A DNA stretch of 63,116 nucleotides, filler included, from Stramenopiles sp. TOSAG23-2 (taxonomy: Eukaryota), in assembly GCA_900128395.1 (NCBI GenBank). It is 8 parts of 8 records of this genome, joined end to end, with 100 filler letters (N's around TTAATTAATTAA, not from the genome) between each part and the next. Parts side by side here need not be neighbours in the genome. Positions count along the whole stretch, not along the records: positions 46,790 to 58,365 come from LT649918.1; positions 58,466 to 59,949 come from LT652813.1; positions 60,050 to 61,533 come from LT652814.1; positions 61,634 to 63,116 come from LT652815.1; 4 more parts are not named here. The stretch is one strand, 5' to 3'. Position 1 is the stretch's first letter. Each line of letters begins with the position of its first letter. A program made the position numbers and the translations under genes. The notes below the pieces were generated by a model. The model was not told the origin of the DNA and did not search any database. It was given only the letters and a program-made list of their open reading frames with translations. Below are positions 56,253 to 63,116 of this stretch, piece after piece.

Positions 56253-57849
56253 TCATGCATCATATGTATTTTTTTGAACCAAAATCTCTTCTACCTTGCC
56301 TTCAGCTAATTTCAACGATTGCCCAAGTACTTTTTTTGCATTTGTATGTATAATTTGGACTAATACTAAATCACTTGGATCAACAGATGTAGAAACATAA
56401 TCTTCATACCATGTCATGGATTGTTTTAAATGAGAAACTATACTTTTCCATGATCTTTCTTCTTGATTCAAAGTTATCATCACTTCGCCATTGGCAAAGT
56501 TGTTTAATTGGTCTGTACATTTACCTTTTTGCATTTCCTTTAAACGTGCCAACCAAATCCATGTTGATGGAAATGGATGAGTGGTTGAAGCTGGGAATGC
56601 TAATGTTGGAGACATTGGTAATCCAATACTTTCTACAGCTTTTGAAAATGCAAAAAAGCATTCATCATCATCGACTGCACCCTCTTCGCTGCCTTTAATG
56701 GCATCCACATCGATAGTATTATCATTGTTTTCGTTATATACACGAAGTTGATAATACAATATATCCCTTTGTTGCATGATGTATAATAAAACCATTAGTA
56801 TAAAGTTAGAATATTATTTGTTGTGAAAACATTTTTGGTATCGTATAGAGTGACACTTACGTTTCCATTGGATCTCGATCTTGCGGGATGAATCCGTAAT
56901 AAAATAAATAATGAAGCAATTCTCCCTCTTGGTGGTATTTAAAACGTAATTCCTCCCCGGCTAGAAGTTTCCTACTTGCTCTAGCGCATACATATTTGTT
57001 CGTGGGATTTTCGTCATCTTTCTCCACGGTTATATATACGGTTGCTGATTCTGCTTCGGCATGATTTAACAAATCAAAAACGGGTACTAATCCAGGATTA
57101 TTTATTTCTTCTTTCGCCTTATTTTCATTTTTTGTCCTAATAACCAAATCCACTGTGCGTGAATTAGTAATCCCAAATGCCCAATATAACCAATTGTCAT
57201 TTTTAGTCAATGATTCCAAGCAAGTTGCTGGAAACAGCCCTGGATACAAATTATGCAACTTGGCTATTTCTTCTATTAAAAACATACGCATAGCATCTTC
57301 TTCTTTATTCAATCTATCAATATAACTTTGTAACATCGGTGTAAATAAAGGTCCGAACGAATCAATCTTAGATTTACTCCAGTACAATGGAAGGTACTGT
57401 TTGAAAGATCCTATAGATGGTAACGTTGCAAGGTATGCCTTATAAAGTGATGATGCAACATTAGAAAACGATATGTGAAGTAGTAGTAAAAATTGCTTTT
57501 TTAATTCATTTTCTGTTTCATAAATTCTTGTTTCATTATTTTTCTCATTGTTATTGCTATGATTCAGCAACAAAGTGTCAAATGCATTTGCAGTTATCGA
57601 AGAGTATGTAGGAATTTTGATAACCAACTCATCTTGATTTACATCTTGTTTTAATCTAAGAGAACGGCTACGATCTTCCCCCGTTTCTCCTGCAGTTACC
57701 GATACAAAATCGAAATTACAAAAAACATTATTCTCGTCTACTGCCGTCAATAATGTTTGGACGAGACTCTTTTCATTTATCACATCAGAGGATAATAATG
57801 GAGATGTAGGCACGGTTTTTCCAGTTGATGATGATGCAAATGTAGTCAT
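56253..57849 (-). CDS. SET-domain protein-lysine methyltransferase (Rubisco LSMT/SETD-like); exons 57849-56861 and 56766-56253
   Basis: YLATLP, WAFGITNSR, LVPVFDLLNH and GEELRFKY...LFYYGF motifs. Intron 56860-56767 (GTAAGT...CTAAC...AAG) keeps the frame. Confidence 0.82.
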
Positions 57850-58365
57850 TAAATGTTTCGTTTTCCTTTTGCTTTTATAGGGTAGATATTGTGTGAAGAT
57901 CTATGTAATAATATAAAGACAATATATATATATATTAAACAAATTGTATCGTGTATAGTTCTATATTGTCCACTATATATTATATAATATTGCAACTTAA
58001 TAATACTATCAAGTAGTTTGAATTAATAAAAGAAGAAGAGAAAAAGAGAGAAGAAGAGGAGCACCCAGAGCTGGAGAGCCAGCCCAGCCAGAGCACAACA
58101 AGAAGAAGAATTATTTTTTTATAAGTAAGAGGAGCGAAGCGACGAATATTAATAGTATAATATGGTAAAACCACCAAACTAAAACCATCAGCAAACTAAA
58201 ACAGGGCCAGCTGGCCGGCCCAGCCGGCTGGCAAAGATGCTGCTATTTTTTTAGTTCGAAATTTTAAAAATGTCTATTTCATCAGGGAGTTCTCCCTGAT
58301 TTCATAAACATATGCATATATATATAAGATAACAATCAAATTAAAAGTATTGTAGAATAACTCCG

Positions 58366-58465
58366 NNNNNNNNNNNNNNNNNNNNNNNNNNNNNNNNNNN
58401 NNNNNNNNNTTAATTAATTAANNNNNNNNNNNNNNNNNNNNNNNNNNNNNNNNNNNNNNNNNNNN
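58366..58465. other. Artificial contig linker
   Basis: 44N-TTAATTAATTAA-44N. Confidence 0.97.
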
Positions 58466-59949
58466 GTAGTATACCATTTGTTGGACTTGTTGATTTTGAT
58501 GATAATTTGATTAATGATCCAGTAGACAATGAAGTTCCATTATTACGAATATCAATCGCAGTACCATCAGTAAGTCCATCAGCTTCGATCGATATTAATT
58601 TACCATTTGTAGCATCATTGGATTGTATACGTAGTATACCATTTGTTGGACTTGTTGATTTTGATGATAATTTGATTAATGATCCTTGATGATAATTTGA
58701 TTAATGATCCGGTTGATAAGTCGGTACCATCATTCTTAATATCAATTGCAGTACCATCATTTAATCCATTTGCTTCAATTGATATTAATTTACCATTTGT
58801 AGCATCATTGGATTCCATACGTAATATACCATTTGTTGGACTTGTTGATTTTGATGTTAATTTAACCAATGACCCACTTGATAAAGCATTACTTTTTACA
58901 TGAATTCCAGTACCATGTTCTAAACTATTTGCTGATATATCAATTAATGTACCTCCAGTTTGGTATTCAGCATTAATATTTAATACTTTACCACCCAAAC
59001 GAGACATTTGGCAGTTACCAGCACTACTAAATGGGGTATTTGTTGCATTGAAAATATCACTCCCTACAGAATATGTACTTGTATCAACATATGATAACTC
59101 AATAAATCCATGTGTATCATACTCGCAAAATGTATCATTACTATTTGTACAATCATCTCCTACAACATAACTTAATGTGCGATTTGATGCTGGACAATCC
59201 AATAAACGTGCACATGTGTAAACATTTTCTATTGCAGATGATGTTGTTGTTGTAGCAGCTCCCGTTGTGGTAGTTGTGGTACTAGGTGCACCCGTTCTGT
59301 CGTTGTTGCTGCTGCTGTTGCTGATGATGTTGTTGTACCGGATACAGTACTATCTGCACATGGTATGCTACAACTATGTTTTTTAGTTACATTTGATGTT
59401 TTTACTGTAATCATAAATTCATCAGCTGTATTCTTTTTATAACCATCACAATTTTCAAGATTTATTTTGTCATACAAATTCACTTCACCAAATACAGCTT
59501 TTGTTACTAAAAGTTTACCAACATTATCAACAATCATTTCAATGTTTTGACTACTCATAGATGACATCATCTTTGATCCATCGTTTGTAGTTAATACTAA
59601 TGCAGCTCCAGACGTTAATGCATCACCTTCGATTTTCATTACTTCACCATTTGTCATACTTGATGCATCAATAGCAACTGGATTATGTGCTAATTTTGAC
59701 GTTGTTTTCAAATTTAATAGTTTACCGGTTGTTAATTTTTCATTATTAATCATTTCAATACCTGTACCTTTACTTAATTTTTGAGTTTCAATAACAAGAC
59801 CTTTACCATCACTCATATCATTTGCAATTACTTTAATAAGTCCATTATTACCTGCATCAGTACCACTTGCTTTGGATGTTACTTTAATTAATGATCCGGT
59901 TGATAACTCAGTACCATCATTGTTAATATCAATTGCAGTACCATCAGTA
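58466..59949 (-). CDS. Internal fragment of a large repetitive beta-solenoid/adhesin-like protein, with two apparent frameshifts
   Basis: 165-nt (55-aa) repeats GSLIKLSSKSTSPTNGILR...NGKLISIEA.GL.DGTAIDI and a Thr-rich linker. Frame breaks near 59297 and at the 25-nt duplication 58661-58710. Confidence 0.65.
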
Positions 59950-60049
59950 NNNNNNNNNNNNNNNNNNNNNNNNNNNNNNNNNNNNNNNNNNNNTTAATTA
60001 ATTAANNNNNNNNNNNNNNNNNNNNNNNNNNNNNNNNNNNNNNNNNNNN
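59950..60049. other. Artificial contig linker
   Basis: 44N-TTAATTAATTAA-44N. Confidence 0.97.
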
Positions 60050-60430
60050 TGTAAATGTGATAAAGTAAAATCTACTGAAGATTTTAATCAAGATCAAATA
60101 TCATACTCGTGTATGATATCATATATCATATATGATAGTATAAATGCGCGCGTGTAATTCATATACAGGACGTATTTGTTAAAATATATAAGTCGTGTAT
60201 ATAGAGGGGGTATATTTTTTTATACAAACCGTATCGTAAAACATATCATTCATTCAAATCATTTAATATTACGTAATATTTTACGCGACGAGGATATAAA
60301 CTTTTTTAGAGTGAATTATCCTTATCTCTATCATACCCTCCGGAAGAATTTTTCCCTTTTTTTTTTAATTCAATAGCCGTTCATCATATGATATGCCATA
60401 TATATATATCATACTTGTAATTATTCACTA

Positions 60431-61531
60431 TTATTGTTTTAGGTTTTTCTTTGCTTCTGCTTCCATAGCTGCTTTCTTTTTTGCTTCCGCTTCCATTAAA
60501 ATGTCCTGTCTAACTTTTGCGGTTAATTTTTTTTTCTCTTTAATATTATCTTCATTAACTTTTGTATATGAATTTATTTTATGAAGTATCTTTTCTAACT
60601 CTTTCTTCAACATGTCTAAGTCTTCTTGACTACTATTCAATAAACTTTCCTGTTTGCGATGTTTGCGTTGTCTTTGTTGTGCATAAATTTTCGATACATT
60701 TTCATTGTATTTCTTGTATATTTTTTGATATTCGGGATCATTTTGCAGCTTTTTATCTCCAGCAACTTCAAAAATTGTGTTTGCAGTATCAGCACGTTTA
60801 CGAGCATTATTATGTAAAACTGATGAGTTTCGTGTCTTCACGCGTGATTGACGACGATTGACCGCAACATCGACAGAATGTCTAATATTTTTTGCAATAG
60901 TCTCAACACTTAATGATGATAAGTCCAAATCCATCTGCGTTTGTGCTGCAAATAACTCTTCCGCTAATGCTTCTGGGTTATCTTTTCCTATTTCAAAAAC
61001 AAAATCAACCAATTTTTTTCCATTATTATTATCTGGTAGATTCAGTTTAATTTTAACTTTCCCACCACCTCTTTTCTTCTTCTTTTTCACATTCACCTCT
61101 CCGTTTGAATTATTGCTGTTGTTGTTATTTTTGCTATCTAATGGTGGCGTTGGCGTGTTAAGCCCGTCATATTTATCTAGCCTTACGACACTGCTATTAT
61201 TATTATTACTATTATTATTATTATTAGTATTATTAGTATTATTATCATATTTTGATATCAACTTTTGCTTTTTGTTTCCTTTTGTCCCTTTTGGTGTTGT
61301 TGTGGAAGCGATATAGCTCATCTCCATAAACTGTGTAACAGGATCTTCATTGATACTACTGTCAATATTATTTATAATATCATCCACCGTTACACTACCT
61401 TTTATATTTCTTTTACGTTTCTTTATCTTTGTATTTTGTGTTTTCTTTATTTCACTTTTCCTACTTGCTTTTGCCTTCACCTTTCGCTTTTGAGCATTTT
61501 TGTTACGTTTTGTCAATGTATGCCAACGATT
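60431..61531 (-). CDS. 3' part of a protein with a WNK/OSR1 CCT-like domain and C-terminal coiled coil; 5'-truncated
   Basis: Frame is open to the contig edge. VKIKLNL...VDFVFEIGKDNPEALAEEL...IAKNIRHSV resembles the WNK CCT-like domain. Confidence 0.55.
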   Translation of the reverse strand, partial: NRWHTLTKRNKNAQKRKVKAKASRKSEIKKTQNTKIKKRKRNIKGSVTVDDIINNIDSSINEDPVTQFMEMSYIASTTTPKGTKGNKKQKLISKYDNNTNNTNNNNNSNNNNSSVVRLDKYDGLNTPTPPLDSKNNNNSNNSNGEVNVKKKKKRGGGKVKIKLNLPDNNNGKKLVDFVFEIGKDNPEALAEELFAAQTQMDLDLSSLSVETIAKNIRHSVDVAVNRRQSRVKTRNSSVLHNNARKRADTANTIFEVAGDKKLQNDPEYQKIYKKYNENVSKIYAQQRQRKHRKQESLLNSSQEDLDMLKKELEKILHKINSYTKVNEDNIKEKKKLTAKVRQDILMEAEAKKKAAMEAEAKKNLKQ

Positions 61532-61533
61532 TT

Positions 61534-61633
61534 NNNNNNNNNNNNNNNNNNNNNNNNNNNNNNNNNNNNNNNNNNNNTTAATTAATTAANNNNNNNNNNN
61601 NNNNNNNNNNNNNNNNNNNNNNNNNNNNNNNNN
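61534..61633. other. Artificial contig linker
   Basis: 44N-TTAATTAATTAA-44N. Confidence 0.97.
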
Positions 61634-61635
61634 CT

Positions 61636-63116
61636 TTGATTCAATCCGCATCTACGCAATTAAGAGCATTAGATGCCTTCCTTGAAAATGCCCTTGACTC
61701 AATACAAATTCAAATAGTATCACTTGAAGAATTGCAACATGTAATGTCTCAACTTGAAGCACTAAGGAAACTAGAAGCAACAATTGATGGACAATTGTTA
61801 CCAATGATTGAAACAACAGAGATTTTGAAACGTTTAAATATTTCTGGATATCGAAATTTAGACTATCATTTACAGAAAACGCTAGCATTGTGGCAAAAGT
61901 TACAAGACGTTTCAGAAGATACCGTAGAAGAATTGTCCAAAATACAAGTAAAATATAAGCAAGAGTTAATATCAAAGATTAAAGAAGTGAAAGAAAATTG
62001 TAAAAGATTTGAAAATGATTGGAGAAATGCAGGACCAACTGTTGGTACAAATGATCCTAGGCTTGTATTAAGGAGGCTGATTAATTTTAGAACTACATTT
62101 GATACTTTACAAAACAAAATAGATTCTATTCAAAGTGGACAGAAGTTATTCGGTATCGATATGCTGCGATTAGAAAACTTTTACACAATTGGAAAAACAA
62201 TTGCAATCTTAGAAAGTCTGTTAAGTATCTGGCAAGTTCTTGAGAAAACTCTTTCTAAATTCGACAATACTACATGGATGGAGTTTAATGTAAGCTATTT
62301 AAATGAGCAAGTAACAAAATTAAAGGACGAATTAAATGACAGTGTAAATGAAGCTAAACATATGACTATATATTTAGAAATGCAAAAGAAGCTAAACATA
62401 TATATAAGGAAAATCCCAACATTAGAATTACTAAAAAGCAAGAATTTACAAATACGTCATTGGATAATGTTTGAACAAAAGTTTAAAGTCAGATTACTAA
62501 AGTCTGAGAATATAGATGCATTTGCTATGATATGGGATGCAAAAGAAGTTATACATTTAAATATTGAAGACGAATTAGCATATATAGCATCCTTGGATCA
62601 GATGGCTAGATACGAACAAATAATAGAGCTAGAACTAAAATCAGTGGAACAAACTTGGATTGACAAGAAGATAATGCTTATTAATGATGGCGGTTCGTTA
62701 CTGCTTGAAGAAATGAATGTACTTGCTATATCCGAAAAGATCGAGGAGTCGTTAATTTCTTTAGTAAAACATGCATCAAGTGTTTATTCTTTCACTTTTA
62801 AAACTGAACTAAAAGAATGGATCGACCAATTAAATGTTGCGAATGAAAATTTGAAAATTTGGTTGTCTGTACAAAATCTTTATGTGCGCTTGAATTCACT
62901 ATTTCAAAATGCTGATTTAGTCGATAGTCTGCCACATGCTGCAAAGTTATTTTCTAATATTACCAAAGTTTGGGCACGTTTGATGAAGCATGCAGGAGAC
63001 AACTCTAATGTTCTTGCCTTATGTGGAGCTGGATCTATGGTAATAGAACAGGTACTTCCCTATGCAGAAGTTGAGTTAAACAAGTGCTTGAAAACATCAA
63101 AATCATATTTATTGAA
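61636..63116 (+). CDS. Axonemal dynein heavy chain internal fragment (tail/DHC_N2, outer-arm gamma/DNAH5-like); missing from the ORF track
   Basis: Frame is open across the contig and includes LQIRHW, LKSVEQTW and EWIDQL...WLSVQNLYVRLNSLF...LPHAAKLFSNITKVWARLM. Confidence 0.8.
   Translation, partial: MIQSASTQLRALDAFLENALDSIQIQIVSLEELQHVMSQLEALRKLEATIDGQLLPMIETTEILKRLNISGYRNLDYHLQKTLALWQKLQDVSEDTVEELSKIQVKYKQELISKIKEVKENCKRFENDWRNAGPTVGTNDPRLVLRRLINFRTTFDTLQNKIDSIQSGQKLFGIDMLRLENFYTIGKTIAILESLLSIWQVLEKTLSKFDNTTWMEFNVSYLNEQVTKLKDELNDSVNEAKHMTIYLEMQKKLNIYIRKIPTLELLKSKNLQIRHWIMFEQKFKVRLLKSENIDAFAMIWDAKEVIHLNIEDELAYIASLDQMARYEQIIELELKSVEQTWIDKKIMLINDGGSLLLEEMNVLAISEKIEESLISLVKHASSVYSFTFKTELKEWIDQLNVANENLKIWLSVQNLYVRLNSLFQNADLVDSLPHAAKLFSNITKVWARLMKHAGDNSNVLALCGAGSMVIEQVLPYAEVELNKCLKTSKSYLL

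Noticed and set aside
11624-61633. Seven identical TTAATTAATTAA elements at regular ~11.6-kb, then ~1.5-kb, spacing
   Set aside because: Each sits in exactly 44N+44N. These are artificial six-frame-stop linkers between contigs of similar length, not biology, so cross-linker gene clusters were not interpreted.

Overview
AT-rich eukaryotic nuclear DNA with short GT-AG introns, microsatellites, and ABCE1, EML and axonemal dynein genes. It probably comes from a flagellated marine protist; stramenopile-like is my inference only. The window is not contiguous. It is eight contigs joined by 100-bp artificial linkers (44N-TTAATTAATTAA-44N): 1-11623, 11724-23331, 23432-35012, 35113-46689, 46790-58365, 58466-59949, 60050-61533 and 61634-63116. 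Gene adjacency across linkers therefore means nothing. About 20 genes or gene fragments are present. The most striking is a 3-exon, ~1503-aa fusion (35880-40693) of a complete Dispatched/Patched-type RND sterol-sensing transporter, one extra TM helix, and a Notum/pectin-acetylesterase-family hydrolase with a candidate Ser-Asp-His triad. Contig 3 looks like a fast-evolving recognition/defence locus. It holds an ankyrin+WD40 gene with near-identical repeats that vary at HET-E-like positions, an MFS pseudogene cut off by (TTAGGG)3, and tandem modular secreted proteins (14 RCC1/BLIP-II repeats, collagen, coiled coil) with swapped modules. Other oddities are a violaxanthin de-epoxidase-like lipocalin, a secreted protein with a ParB/Srx-like DGNHR motif, a CysRS-like/ankyrin/Mut-7-like exonuclease fusion, a WD40-PPR fusion, and recurrent intergenic motifs. 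All family calls come from motif recognition by eye, not database searches.
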